The notes under the pieces: model-generated
What the model was told of the DNA's origin: nothing
Databases searched by the model: none
The model's input: the letters and a program-made list of their open reading frames with translations, nothing else
Shown here: in pieces, positions 14,761 to 24,952 of the stretch
How the letters are laid out: the number at the start of each line of letters is the position of its first letter
Numbering within the stretch: position 1 is the first letter of the stretch
Virus record (IMG/VR): IMGVR_UViG_3300033067_000657
Span: 1-37,934 of that record
DNA from: a virus
Taxonomy: Duplodnaviria > Caudoviricetes
DNA: 37,934 bases
Reading direction: 5' to 3' (one strand)
Position numbers and translations under genes: made by a program

Positions 14761-16864
14761 ACAGACAATAACCGCGCAGGAAGCTCAGCTCGAACCAGCC
14801 AAGCAAGAAGCCCTTGCGAAGAAGTGGCTTGGGGAGATTGACGACGCGCTGAAGCGGGAAAAGAAGTTCCGCGAGACTGCGCAGAAGTGTGTGGATTTGT
14901 ATGAGGCGAAAGAGCCAGAGCAGACTCCCTTTGCGATCTTGTATAGCAATACTGAGGTCCTCGCGCCGTCTGTCTACAACACCGATCCGATCCCGATTGT
15001 GAGCAGAAGGTTCAAAGACCCTGATCCTCTCGGAAAGGCGGTTAGTGAAGTCAGCACTCGGACACTGAAGTATCTAATTGAGGCCAAGAGCCAGGATTAT
15101 GACTCCTTCGGGGAGAACATGCAGGCAGCAGTGCTGGATGCACTGGTGACAAACCGCGGACTGACAAGGTTCAAGTATGTCCCTCATGAACTGGGGGAGT
15201 GTGTCTATGGAGAAGCAGTTCGTTGGGATAAATTCCTCCATGGATATGCGAGGACTTGGAAGAAAGTTCCCTGGATTTGCTTTGAATGGGATATGTCAGA
15301 GCAGGAGTTGAGGAAGAACTTCCCCGATGTGCCACTGGATATGAATAGGCTGTCGAGTGGGACGATTTCCGATGAAGAAGCCGAAAAGGCAGAGAGTAAG
15401 GAGCAGTTGACTGGAGTGAAACTGTTCAAGGTTTACGAGGTCTGGAATAAGAACGACCATAAGGTCATGTTCTTTAGCAAAGTCGCGCCGAAGAACGTGC
15501 TGAGGATTGTGGATGACCCACTGGGGCTGAGTGGGTTCTTTCCAATTCCGAAGCCACTGAACTTTATGCGGAAGATCACGACTTTGGTGCCGACGCCTCT
15601 TTATGTGCAGTATCAGCAGCAAGCGGCAGAATTGAATGACATCACCCGTAGGCTGAAAGCGATCATCAAAGCGATTAAGTATCGCGGGGCTTACAACGGC
15701 GCGATCGAAGGGATTGACAAGCTGCTCTCCGCCGACGACCAAGATATGATTCCTCTGGAGAACCTCCAGTCCATGCCCGATGGGATGGGGATTGATCGAA
15801 TGCTCTGGGTGGTTCCGGTGCAGGAGTTGGCGGCTACTGCACAAAGTCTGTATCAGCAGCGCGAGCAAGTCAAAGCGGTGATTTATGAGATTACTGGCAT
15901 CTCCGACATCATTCGCGGAAGCAGTGCTGCGAGCGAAACCGCCACCGCGCAGAATATCAAAGCTCAGTGGGGAACATTGAGGCTGAAGAAAATGCAGCGG
16001 GAGGTTCAGAGGTATTGCAGGGATGGGTTGGAGATAGCTTTGGAAATCGCCGCTGGGAAGTTCGAGGTGCAGACACTGGTGCAGATGACCGGCGCGCCGT
16101 TCTTGACAGCAGAACAGAAGCAGGGGATTCAGGCCAAGACTCAGCAAATGCAGATGATGGCTCAGCAAGCTGCACAGCAGGCTCAGATGACTGGGCAACC
16201 AGCTCCTCCACCACCGCCTCCGATTCCGCCGGAGTTGCAGAATATGCTGGCCGCTCCGAGTTGGGAGGATATTGACTCTTTGCTGAAGCGGCAACTAACC
16301 CTGCATTACAAGGTGGATATTGAAACAAACAGCACGATCGACGCCGAAGCGAGCCAGGACAAGCAGGACATTTCGGAGTTGCTGAATGCTCTGAGTCAAT
16401 TCTTGAATGGCCTCGCACCGCTGGTAGAGAAGGGAATGATGCCCTTTGCAGTGGCGAAAGATATGCTTCTGGTAATCGCGCGGAGGTATAACTTCGGAAG
16501 TCAGCTGGAGGATAGTTTGAACTCTATGACTCAGCCTCCGGCACCGGGGCCTGATCCCGCGGATGAAGCAAAGGCGGAGGCTGACAAGGCCACGCACACA
16601 GCGACAGTGCAGAAGATGCAAATGCAGATGCAGCTGGACAAGGCAAGCTTTGAACAGGATAAGGAGTTGCTGCTGCTCGAAGCCCAAGTAAAGAAAGCTG
16701 AGCTTGGTATGCAGCTCCAAGCGATTAATGCAAAGACTCAGCAAGCGGCTGCGCAGCATAACTTGAAACTGGAGAGTTTAGCCGCGAAGGCGATGGTTGA
16801 CGGGCGGAAGCACGAGAATAGCCTGGAAGCTGAGCAGATGAAAAAGGAGACGGCTGATGCTTAA
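14750..16864 (+). CDS. Portal protein
   Basis: 704 aa directly after TerL; IYEITGISDIIRG...ETATAQ motif; Q-rich coiled-coil C-terminus. Confidence 0.92.
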   Translation: MPGEQTITAQEAQLEPAKQEALAKKWLGEIDDALKREKKFRETAQKCVDLYEAKEPEQTPFAILYSNTEVLAPSVYNTDPIPIVSRRFKDPDPLGKAVSEVSTRTLKYLIEAKSQDYDSFGENMQAAVLDALVTNRGLTRFKYVPHELGECVYGEAVRWDKFLHGYARTWKKVPWICFEWDMSEQELRKNFPDVPLDMNRLSSGTISDEEAEKAESKEQLTGVKLFKVYEVWNKNDHKVMFFSKVAPKNVLRIVDDPLGLSGFFPIPKPLNFMRKITTLVPTPLYVQYQQQAAELNDITRRLKAIIKAIKYRGAYNGAIEGIDKLLSADDQDMIPLENLQSMPDGMGIDRMLWVVPVQELAATAQSLYQQREQVKAVIYEITGISDIIRGSSAASETATAQNIKAQWGTLRLKKMQREVQRYCRDGLEIALEIAAGKFEVQTLVQMTGAPFLTAEQKQGIQAKTQQMQMMAQQAAQQAQMTGQPAPPPPPPIPPELQNMLAAPSWEDIDSLLKRQLTLHYKVDIETNSTIDAEASQDKQDISELLNALSQFLNGLAPLVEKGMMPFAVAKDMLLVIARRYNFGSQLEDSLNSMTQPPAPGPDPADEAKAEADKATHTATVQKMQMQMQLDKASFEQDKELLLLEAQVKKAELGMQLQAINAKTQQAAAQHNLKLESLAAKAMVDGRKHENSLEAEQMKKETADA

Positions 16865-16917
16865 ATCCAGTGGCCGAAGGGCGCCGCGCCGCTTGTTCCT
16901 GCTCCACGGAGATTCTT

Positions 16918-17328
16918 ATGCCTCTGTATGATATTAGATGCGAAGCCGGTCATCAGTTTGAAAGGGTAATCCCCCTTGCGGATTTCGATGCTGAGATAGT
17001 TTGCACTTGCGGCGCGCGAGCGTTTAGGCTCATTTCTACTCCCATGTTCACGGTTGACCACACAGGCTATTCTTGCCCCGTTACCGGCAAGTGGATTGGC
17101 TCTAAAGCCCAACACCGGGAGAACCTTGCTCGGACAGGAAGCCGGGTGCTGGAGACAGGGGAGAAAGAGCTGAATGAAAAGCGGCGCGCCGAGGTCGATG
17201 CGCAGTTGGAAAAGTCCATCGAAGACACTGTTGAAAAGACAATCGACTCCTGGGACTCCGCGAAGAAGGAAACACTGCATAATGAGCTTGTAAACGGCAA
17301 GCTTGATCTAGCTGTAGAAAGAGGTTAA
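16918..17328 (+). CDS. FmdB-like zinc-ribbon protein
   Basis: MPLYDIRC..GH.FE...C.CG...RLIS; GGAG RBS. Confidence 0.85.
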   Translation: MPLYDIRCEAGHQFERVIPLADFDAEIVCTCGARAFRLISTPMFTVDHTGYSCPVTGKWIGSKAQHRENLARTGSRVLETGEKELNEKRRAEVDAQLEKSIEDTVEKTIDSWDSAKKETLHNELVNGKLDLAVERG

Positions 17329-17334
17329 ACCACC

Positions 17335-18399
17335 ATGCCAAAAGACATTAAAGATCCCGAATCCTCTGAGGACTTCGATACCGCAGCCGCATTGGAAGAT
17401 ATCTCCGCCGACCTTTTTCGGCAGGTGGGGGAAGGCGAAGATTCCGATAAGGGCACGGAGGAGAATCCCCAGAGCGAGCCGGAGGGGTCCAAGCCTGCGA
17501 AAGAAGCTGACGAGGGGCCCTCTCCCCCCGCTGAAGCCTCTCCTGACGCGGCTGCTCCTCCGGCTGTAGATAACTCCGCTGAGGTGCAGGCAGTCGGCGC
17601 GCCAGAGACCTGGACAAAGGAAGCCCTTGCAGAGTGGGCAGCTATCCCTCCCCGTGCGCAGCAGGAAATCCTCAAGCGCGAACAGGATATGTTCAGAGGT
17701 CTGGAGGAATACAAATCCGGCTATGAAACCGCCAAGCGGTATGATTCAGCAGTCGAACCCTATCGCCCGATCCTCGCGGCAGAGAACATCGACCCGGTGG
17801 TGTTGTTTCAGAACTTTGCTGGCAACCACTACCTTATGTCCTACGGCCAGCCACAGCAAAAGGCCCAGATCGCCGCAAATCTCATTCGGTCTTATGGGAT
17901 TGATGTCAGGATGTTAGCTGATGTGCTTCAAGCAGGCCCGGCGCTTCCTGCAGCTGTCTCCCCCGAAGTTGCTGAGCTCCGCCAGCAACTCGCCCAAGTT
18001 CAAGGTCGTTTGGCCCAGCAAGACCAATCCGCCGAACAGTCCCGAATAGCTCAAGTCTCCTCTGAAGTCCAGGCCTTCGCCTCCGATCCTGCCCATCCTT
18101 ATTTCGATGAAGTCAGCGACGACATTGCTACCTTCATCAAAGCTGGAGATACTCTCCAAACTGCTTACGACAAGGCAGTCTACGCCAATCCGGTAACTCG
18201 CCAGAAGGAAATAGATCGGCTGACAGCTGAAGCTATCTCTGGTGTTAGTGTCGGGCAGCAAGCGCGCGCAGATAAGGTCCGAAAGTCCACGGCAGCCGAT
18301 GTGTCAGTCGCAGCCCAATCCAGGAATGGAGCGATTCCTATTGGGTCAATGGATGACACTCTGAACGAAACCCTCGCGGCGATTGAAGCCCGCAGTTAA
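17335..18399 (+). CDS. Capsid scaffolding protein
   Basis: Acidic disordered N-terminus, APETW..EA..W..IP motif, coiled coil; immediately before the capsid gene. Confidence 0.85.
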   Translation: MPKDIKDPESSEDFDTAAALEDISADLFRQVGEGEDSDKGTEENPQSEPEGSKPAKEADEGPSPPAEASPDAAAPPAVDNSAEVQAVGAPETWTKEALAEWAAIPPRAQQEILKREQDMFRGLEEYKSGYETAKRYDSAVEPYRPILAAENIDPVVLFQNFAGNHYLMSYGQPQQKAQIAANLIRSYGIDVRMLADVLQAGPALPAAVSPEVAELRQQLAQVQGRLAQQDQSAEQSRIAQVSSEVQAFASDPAHPYFDEVSDDIATFIKAGDTLQTAYDKAVYANPVTRQKEIDRLTAEAISGVSVGQQARADKVRKSTAADVSVAAQSRNGAIPIGSMDDTLNETLAAIEARS

Positions 18400-18410
18400 G
18401 GATTTTTCCC

Positions 18411-19385
18411 ATGGCAAGCCCTAATTCAACTTTTACTGAACTGGTCTCCACGACCTGGAGGAATCACTCCAAGGATGTGGCAGACAACATCACCCGGAAC
18501 AATGCTCTCTATGCTCGACTGATGCAGAAGGGCATGACGCGGACGGAGGATGGCGGTCTAACCATTGCCCAGCCTCTGGACTACAACTCGAACGGGACTT
18601 ATCAGCGCTATTCCGGCTATGATATTCTCAATATTCAGCAGTCGGATGTTATCACGGCGGCGGAATATCAGTGGCGTCAGATTGCGCTGAACGTCGTTGC
18701 AAATGGTCTGGAACTCCGCAGCAATAGCGGTTCGAGCCAGATCATCAAGCTCGCAAAAGCCCGCATCAAGAACGCCATGCGGACGTTCAAGAACAACTTC
18801 AGCTATGACCTTTACTCTGACGGCACTCTGCCGAATCAGATCAACGGGCTCCAGGCTTTGGTTGCGGACGCCGGCACTGGCACAGTCGGTGGCATCGACT
18901 CTTCGACTTGGACCTTCTGGCAGAATGCGGTTCAGTCCGCGGCTGCTCCGATCCAGGGTGGTGGTGCGGTGACTGTCAGCGCGACGACGATGGAAACCGG
19001 GATCATGCTTCCGCTGTGGCTGAACCAGGTTCGTGGCGATGACAAGCCGGATTTGATCCTCGCGTCGAATGACTGGTTCACCTTCTACGAAGCTAGCCAG
19101 GTCAGCATCAAGCGTTATACTTCACAGGAAGATGTTTCAGGCGGTTTCACCTCTCTGAAATACAAGAACGCGGATGTGATCTTCGATGGCGGTTCGGGTA
19201 TCCCAGCAGCCCATATGTATTTCCTCAACTCGGATTATTTCGAGATGGTTGTGCATAAGGATGCGAACCTGAGTGTGCAGGATCAGATGCAGCCTTACAA
19301 TCAGGACGCGGTTGTGATTCCTGTTCTCTGGATGGGTAATCTGGTTTGCACCAATCGCAGGCTGCAGGGTGTGGCTAAGGCTTAA
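18411..19385 (+). CDS. Major capsid protein
   Basis: 324 aa; ADNIT.NNAL, YSDGT..NQINGL, FLNSDY, WMGNLVCTNRRLQG, consistent with a podovirus HK97-fold capsid; strong codon bias. Confidence 0.92.
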   Translation: MASPNSTFTELVSTTWRNHSKDVADNITRNNALYARLMQKGMTRTEDGGLTIAQPLDYNSNGTYQRYSGYDILNIQQSDVITAAEYQWRQIALNVVANGLELRSNSGSSQIIKLAKARIKNAMRTFKNNFSYDLYSDGTLPNQINGLQALVADAGTGTVGGIDSSTWTFWQNAVQSAAAPIQGGGAVTVSATTMETGIMLPLWLNQVRGDDKPDLILASNDWFTFYEASQVSIKRYTSQEDVSGGFTSLKYKNADVIFDGGSGIPAAHMYFLNSDYFEMVVHKDANLSVQDQMQPYNQDAVVIPVLWMGNLVCTNRRLQGVAKA

Positions 19386-19387
19386 TT

Positions 19388-19417
19388 GGGCATGATTTAG
19401 GCAACTAAATTCGCCCT
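19388..19417. promoter_or_regulatory. 30-bp palindromic operator-like site, copy 5
   Basis: GGGCATGATTT-aggcaact-AAATTCGCCCT flanked by AATT/AATT; 2 bp after the capsid stop codon. Confidence 0.65.
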
Positions 19418-19435
19418 AATTTGAAGGAATGAAAA

Positions 19436-20164
19436 ATGGCTTACGCAGTTCTTAAGGGTCCTCTGGGAAACCAGACCATTAACTATGGGCAGCTGCCCGA
19501 TACTACCTCACGGCAGGTTCCCGGAATGATTGTTGACGCGGTTGACAATTTCTGGGGTGGCGGTGAGTTTATTTACTGCAAGTCTGGCGGCAGTATTCGG
19601 CAGTTTGGTCTAGTGACTATTCTGCAGACTATTGTTTCCGGGCAGGTAGTTTACACGGCAACAGAAGTTACGAATACCGCGAACCTTGGCAGGATGGTTG
19701 GGGTTGCCACAACCAGCTCGACTGTTGGTCAGTTTCAGTGGGTGCAGATTTCAGGCACGGTTCCGGCAAACTGCCAGGCGGCGGTTGCGGCGGATACTGC
19801 TTGGGGCATTGCGGCTGCCGGTCAGGGCGGTGCTAATAGCGCCGGCAAGCAGATTCTGAACTCTCGTTCGGTTATTGCTTCCTCGACCACCTCGGCAAAG
19901 ACTAACTGCACGGCAAACAGTGGATCTTTGATCCTCAATGTGCCGAACAGTGATGGCTGGTTTGTTGGTGCTTACCTTTCCGGGACAGGTATTGCGGCCG
20001 CTACTACAGTTGTTTCAATTGACCCTAGCGGGACAGTTGTTACTCTGTCGGCCGCTACGACGGCTGCCGTGAATGGGACTGTCACAGCGACTTACAATAA
20101 CGCGACGATTTTCTACAACGTCGTGCATTTGAACAGGTCGTTTGCTCAGGGGGCCATTACCTAA
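19436..20164 (+). CDS. Capsid decoration/minor structural protein
   Basis: Follows MCP; D.FWGGGEFIY, WVQISG; Ala/Thr/Gly-rich. Confidence 0.75.
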   Translation: MAYAVLKGPLGNQTINYGQLPDTTSRQVPGMIVDAVDNFWGGGEFIYCKSGGSIRQFGLVTILQTIVSGQVVYTATEVTNTANLGRMVGVATTSSTVGQFQWVQISGTVPANCQAAVAADTAWGIAAAGQGGANSAGKQILNSRSVIASSTTSAKTNCTANSGSLILNVPNSDGWFVGAYLSGTGIAAATTVVSIDPSGTVVTLSAATTAAVNGTVTATYNNATIFYNVVHLNRSFAQGAIT

Positions 20165-20174
20165 CCTCTAAACA

Positions 20175-20214
20175 GAACCCGGCGGGGGGTCCTCCCTGTA
20201 ACCTCGCCGGGTTC
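20175..20214 (+). terminator. Intergenic hairpin (weak terminator or processing/stability element)
   Basis: GAACCCGGCG...CGCCGGGTTC stem, without a clear U-tract. Confidence 0.55.
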
Positions 20215-20237
20215 ACACTTGCTGAAAGGAATTAAAA

Positions 20238-20825
20238 ATGTCAGAACCTCGCCCGCCGTATGTCCGGTTTGAATATCGTCAGATCGAAGATCGTGATGCG
20301 ACGATTCAAGCAGGGCACTATGTTGCCAAGGATGTTATCTTTGCTCTGGTCACGCCGACTGGGAGCAAGGACTTGCTGGAAAAGCCCGCCGAGGAGTGGA
20401 TCAAGGGGCTGGAAGAGGGCGTGAACCAAGAGAGGATTCCAAGCATCTGGCTCGATGCTTACAAAAAGGCTTTGCAGATTTGGGAAGAGAACCAGACCGA
20501 TCCGGAGTTTGGGACGCCGATTAGAAACTGGCCGGCTCTTACGCCTTCGCAGTTGAAGATGCTGACGGATTGCAACCTTCGATCGGTTGAAGATGTCGCG
20601 GAAATGAACGAAGAAGCAGTCCTCCGCATGGGCATGGGTGGTCGGGCGCTGAAGGAAAAGGCCAGAGCTTGGCTCGACGCTTCAAAGGATGTTGGGAAAA
20701 CTTCGGAAGAGCTGGACTCTCTTCGGAAGAGCAATGCGACGCTAGCGGAGCAAAACACGAAGATGATGGCAGATATGAAAGCCATGCAGGCTAAGATCGA
20801 CGCTCTCAGCAAAGACAAGGGATAA
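20238..20825 (+). CDS. Conserved head-module protein with HhH-like motif and C-terminal coiled coil
   Basis: GTPI..WP.L...L...N.RSVEDVA...GMG...L..KA motif. Confidence 0.8.
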   Translation: MSEPRPPYVRFEYRQIEDRDATIQAGHYVAKDVIFALVTPTGSKDLLEKPAEEWIKGLEEGVNQERIPSIWLDAYKKALQIWEENQTDPEFGTPIRNWPALTPSQLKMLTDCNLRSVEDVAEMNEEAVLRMGMGGRALKEKARAWLDASKDVGKTSEELDSLRKSNATLAEQNTKMMADMKAMQAKIDALSKDKG

Positions 20826-20830
20826 CCTTC

Positions 20831-21547
20831 ATGACGGCACTTTCACTGATTCAAAAGCATTGCCAATTGAATGCCCTGACTGTGCCGACAAGCGTGATTG
20901 GCAGCGCGGACACGACAATTGTGCAGTTGCTTGCGGTGCTACAAGAGCAGTTGGACGAATTGGCCACGCAATCGCAGTATAACACCACGACGATCGAGGC
21001 GACTTTTACTGCGATTGCGGCGGAGGATCAGGGGAGTATTTTCACCCTTGCGCCGAGTGGGTATCAGTGGATGATTACTGAGACCTTTTTCGACCGGACG
21101 CTGAAGAGGCCGTTGTATGGGCCGCTAAATGCGACAGAATGGCAGGAGATTAAAGCTCTCCCGAATCCTGGACCTTTTTACAAGTTCAGGTTCCGAGGGG
21201 ATCATATTTTGCTAAACCCCGCGCCGACGACTCCGTTGAGTTCCATGGCTTTTGAGTATGTCAGTTCCTGGTTAACGATTGATGGGAGCAGTGGGGCAAG
21301 GAAGGCGGCGATCACCCTTGATACTGACACCTTTGTCTTTCCAGATAATATCCTCCTCAAGGCGCTGAGTTATCGCTGGAAGCAGTTGAAAGGTCTTCCG
21401 TATCAGGCGGACGAGACGACTTTCTGGGATTTGCTGAATAACTACGTCGCGCGGGATAAGGCGAAGAGGCGGATCAATGTGTCGCATCCAGTTCCAATGG
21501 ACATTAAACCGGGTGTGTTTGTTCCTTCTGGGAATTGGAACGTCTAA
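20831..21547 (+). CDS. Head-tail adaptor protein (probable)
   Basis: 238 aa, MTALSLIQ start, position before the nozzle gene. Confidence 0.7.
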   Translation: MTALSLIQKHCQLNALTVPTSVIGSADTTIVQLLAVLQEQLDELATQSQYNTTTIEATFTAIAAEDQGSIFTLAPSGYQWMITETFFDRTLKRPLYGPLNATEWQEIKALPNPGPFYKFRFRGDHILLNPAPTTPLSSMAFEYVSSWLTIDGSSGARKAAITLDTDTFVFPDNILLKALSYRWKQLKGLPYQADETTFWDLLNNYVARDKAKRRINVSHPVPMDIKPGVFVPSGNWNV

Positions 21548-23130
21548 TGCGCGGCGGGAATGTTCTTGCGAAAAGGGCTGGCGCGAAGCTTCCGCCGGTT
21601 AACGAAGCTACAGCGAAGACCTTTCAAGCTCCGGCTCCGTATGGTGGCTGGAATGCGAGGGGGAACATCGCAGCGATGCCAATTACCGATGCAATCCAGA
21701 TGGATAATGTTGTCCCGGGGACTGTTGATGTAGCGCTGAGAAAGGGTAGTGCAACTTGGTCGACAGGCTTCGTGGCAAATATCCGGAGCTTTCTTCCCTA
21801 CGCCAGTGGATCGGCGAGCAAACTCTTTGCCTCGACAGCAGCGGGGATTTACGATGTCACGGCTGGCGGAGCGATAGGCGCGGCAGTCGCCACTTGCACG
21901 AACGGGAATTGGATCACCTGTAACTTCACCAACTCCGGTGGCAGCTGGATGACTTGCGTGAACGGGGTGGATAATCTTAAGCTCTATGACGGAACCACCT
22001 GGACGACTGTTACTGGAGTCAGCGCGCCAGCCATCACTGGACTCGCCACGACAAGTCTCTCTTCTGTGCAGATGCACAAATTTCGCCAGTGGTTTATCGA
22101 AAAGAACTCGATGAATCTTTGGTATCTGGCAACGAATGCGGTTAGCGGGGCATTGACCCAGTTCCCTGTCGGGCCTCTCTTTAAGCATGGTGGTAGTCTT
22201 GTCGCAATGGGCACCTGGACCATTGATGCAGGCTCCGGCCCAGATGACTATTTCGTCTTCGTCACGACGAAGGGGGAGCTGGCAATGTATAAGGGAACAG
22301 ACCCTTCCAGCTCTACAACATGGGCACTGGTGGGGGTGTTTGATGTAGCACCCCCACTGGGAGCCAAGCCCTTTTGTGATATTAATGGGGATTTGCTCTA
22401 TCTTTGCCAGCAGGGATTGTTCCCACTTTCGAGGTTACTGCAGTCGGCTATTCTGGATAGGACGACTGCTGTCAGCTATAAGATCGACGGAGCTTTCCTA
22501 GACTCAGCGTTTAACTACAAAAACAACTTCGGCTGGCAGGTGACACTTTTCAAGCCGGGGAATCTGCTTTTGGTGAATATTCCAGTGTCGAGTGACACGG
22601 TTAGTTACCAGTATGTCATGAGTATAACTAGCAAATCCTGGTGTAGGTTTCTCTCTTGGGATGCTAGTTGTTGGTGTGTGTTCAATGACGAGCTTTACTA
22701 CGCAGGTGGCACTACGCTGCGAAAGGCGTGGACGGGGACAGCTGACGTCAGCACTCCGATCACCGGCACGGTTGCCCAAGCGTATCACAACATGGGAGTC
22801 AATGGCCAGAAGCAAGTTTCCCTCGTCCGCCCAAACATCTCTATCGCAAATTCCGCAACTGTGCGGCTGCGCCTTGATGCAGATTTCAAAGCCTTTGGCG
22901 GATCATCTTCTCTGACTTACAGCGCCTTTACTGGCGGAAGCCTCTGGGGGACCGCTCTTTGGGGGACAGGCATATGGGATGCCGGAGCATCGCCTGCCGA
23001 GTCAAAGTGGTTGACAGTTCCAAACGATCTTGGTTATTTGCACTCAATGGTTATGGAAATCACGACAAGTGTTGCGAGCTTTGTCTGGACTTCTACGAAT
23101 TTTGCAGTAAAGCCTGCGGGGATTCTGTGA
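21547..23130 (+). CDS. Tail nozzle / DNA-stabilisation protein (P22 gp10-like beta propeller)
   Basis: PAPYGGWNAR N-terminus; Trp/Gly/Thr-rich beta repeats; TAATG coupling. Confidence 0.8.
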   Translation: MRGGNVLAKRAGAKLPPVNEATAKTFQAPAPYGGWNARGNIAAMPITDAIQMDNVVPGTVDVALRKGSATWSTGFVANIRSFLPYASGSASKLFASTAAGIYDVTAGGAIGAAVATCTNGNWITCNFTNSGGSWMTCVNGVDNLKLYDGTTWTTVTGVSAPAITGLATTSLSSVQMHKFRQWFIEKNSMNLWYLATNAVSGALTQFPVGPLFKHGGSLVAMGTWTIDAGSGPDDYFVFVTTKGELAMYKGTDPSSSTTWALVGVFDVAPPLGAKPFCDINGDLLYLCQQGLFPLSRLLQSAILDRTTAVSYKIDGAFLDSAFNYKNNFGWQVTLFKPGNLLLVNIPVSSDTVSYQYVMSITSKSWCRFLSWDASCWCVFNDELYYAGGTTLRKAWTGTADVSTPITGTVAQAYHNMGVNGQKQVSLVRPNISIANSATVRLRLDADFKAFGGSSSLTYSAFTGGSLWGTALWGTGIWDAGASPAESKWLTVPNDLGYLHSMVMEITTSVASFVWTSTNFAVKPAGIL

Positions 23131-23585
23131 AGCATGTAGTGACAGGTTGGGATCATATTTTCGGTCCCTGGTTTGCGGAGAAGACGAGTAGTAAGTGGGT
23201 TGATGGGCGCGGCAGCACGATTGGACTGCTCCATGAAACTAAAGGCCCAATAGCTGCTTGTTTTTACGCAGATTGCAATGGTGCTTCGGTCATGATGCAC
23301 TGTGCTGGTGAAGGCAAAGATTGGTTGAATAGGGAATTTCTCTGGTTTGCATTTTACTACCCGTTTGAGCAGTTAAAGGTTAAAAAAGTAATCTCCCCGG
23401 TTGAATCCACAAACCTGCCCTGTGTTAAGTTTATCGAGCATTTAGGTTTCAGTCTTGAGGCGACCCTCAAAGATAGCTGCCCGCAAGGGAATCTTCTTCT
23501 CTACACGCTGACAAGAGAAGATTGTAAATGGCTATCATTGAAGGAAAAGTCTCTTGAGCAAACCCTCCCCGCCCGCGCCACCTGA
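23127..23585 (+). CDS. GNAT-family acetyltransferase of the podovirus tail module
   Basis: GTGA overlap start; F.YPF.QL.V..V...V...N......EHLGF..E..L motif. Confidence 0.8.
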   Translation: MKHVVTGWDHIFGPWFAEKTSSKWVDGRGSTIGLLHETKGPIAACFYADCNGASVMMHCAGEGKDWLNREFLWFAFYYPFEQLKVKKVISPVESTNLPCVKFIEHLGFSLEATLKDSCPQGNLLLYTLTREDCKWLSLKEKSLEQTLPARAT

Positions 23586-24951
23586 TTATAGAGGCGCTGC
23601 TATTGAGCAAGGCCGCGCGAATGTTAATTCAGCCGTTGCCACGAACTATCTCAATCAGGCGAATCAAGTCGGGCCAAATGGCACGCTGACCTACACCTAT
23701 GGGAATAACATGACCCTGCCCGATGGGTCGGTTGTTCCTCAAGCTACTGCAACAACAACTTTAAGCCCAGATCAGCAGACTCTCTATGACCAGAATATAG
23801 ACATATCGAGAAACCTGAATGAAACTGCGCGAGCAGGGATCGGGTATGTTCAGCAGGCTTTCGCGAATCCACTGGATACCCGACGGTATATGCCGAGCAC
23901 TTTGGCAGCCCCGGAAGCTTTGGATGGGACAATTGCCAAGACAAGTTTAAGCCAGGTCGGGGGGCCTGGACAGGTTAAGCTACAAGACCAGTATGACTTT
24001 TCCAAGGTCACTGCCGCGCCGTCTGTCAATGATTATGTCGGTGCGAGGGACCAGATCACCAATGCCATGCTGGAGCGCCTGCGGCCACAGATGGAGAGGG
24101 ATCAACAGCTTCTCGAAACTCGCAATTCCAACCAAGGGATTTTCCGTGGGAGTGAGGCGAATAACTGGGATCAGCAAAACCTCGACAAGAGCCAGAATGA
24201 TCTGAAGATAGCGGCGTTGTTGGCGGGGAACCAGCAGCAACAGGCGGACTTTGCCAATACATTGGCAGTGCATAATGCTGATGTTGGGCAAGCGATTGCC
24301 TCAGGGAACTTCACGAACCAGGCGAGGAATGATGCCTTTGGGCAGGCTGCGACCAGTGCCCAGATTACCAATCAGGCTCAAGCGAATCAGGCAGCTCAAG
24401 CTCAGGCCGACGAAGAGGCGAGGAATAGAGCCGCCGCGCAGACCTTCAACCAAGGTCTTGCCGCAGCACAGTTCAACAACCAAGCTCAGCAGCAGGCTCT
24501 GCAGATGGAAGCTTACGGGCGGAACGATCCACTGAATACCTTGAATGCGTTGAGGACTGGTAATCAGGCAACGATCCCGACGTTCGGCAATGCAACAGCT
24601 GGAAGCACCATTCAAGCCGCTCCGTTGTATCAGGCCACGAATGACCAATATAATGCTCAGATGGCTCAGTATCAAGCACAAATGGCTGCGCAGGGCGGGT
24701 TCCTTGGAGGCTTGGGTTCGATTGGGGGAAGCTTAGCCAGCACGATTCATTGGTCTGACAGAAGGCTGAAAGAAGGGGTGGAGGTGATCGGTCGCGCGGC
24801 GAATAATCTCCAGCTTTATGTCTTTAATTATATCTGGGATAAAACGCGGAGAATCGGTCACATGGCAGATGAGGTCGAGAAGCTCTTCCCCGAAGCTGTG
24901 ATTACGCTTCCGAGTGGGTATAAGGCTGTTGACTACGGGAAGGTAAACTGA
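23554..24951 (+). CDS. Internal virion/ejection protein with C-terminal S74 chaperone-like domain
   Basis: TTG start after AAGGA; PPAPPDY N-terminus; Q/N/A-rich; SDRRLKE...GHMADEVE..FPEAV...GYKAVDY. Confidence 0.8.
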   Translation: MSKPSPPAPPDYRGAAIEQGRANVNSAVATNYLNQANQVGPNGTLTYTYGNNMTLPDGSVVPQATATTTLSPDQQTLYDQNIDISRNLNETARAGIGYVQQAFANPLDTRRYMPSTLAAPEALDGTIAKTSLSQVGGPGQVKLQDQYDFSKVTAAPSVNDYVGARDQITNAMLERLRPQMERDQQLLETRNSNQGIFRGSEANNWDQQNLDKSQNDLKIAALLAGNQQQQADFANTLAVHNADVGQAIASGNFTNQARNDAFGQAATSAQITNQAQANQAAQAQADEEARNRAAAQTFNQGLAAAQFNNQAQQQALQMEAYGRNDPLNTLNALRTGNQATIPTFGNATAGSTIQAAPLYQATNDQYNAQMAQYQAQMAAQGGFLGGLGSIGGSLASTIHWSDRRLKEGVEVIGRAANNLQLYVFNYIWDKTRRIGHMADEVEKLFPEAVITLPSGYKAVDYGKVN

Positions 24952-24952
24952 A

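Noticed and set aside
16130-16235. Gln/Met/Pro low-complexity stretch in the portal gene
   Set aside because: Ordinary flexible insertion in podovirus portals; not an intein or mobile element.
19360-19440. Programmed frameshift extending the capsid protein (T7 10A/10B style)
   Set aside because: No slippery heptamer near the stop, and the next gene has its own GAAGGA RBS.
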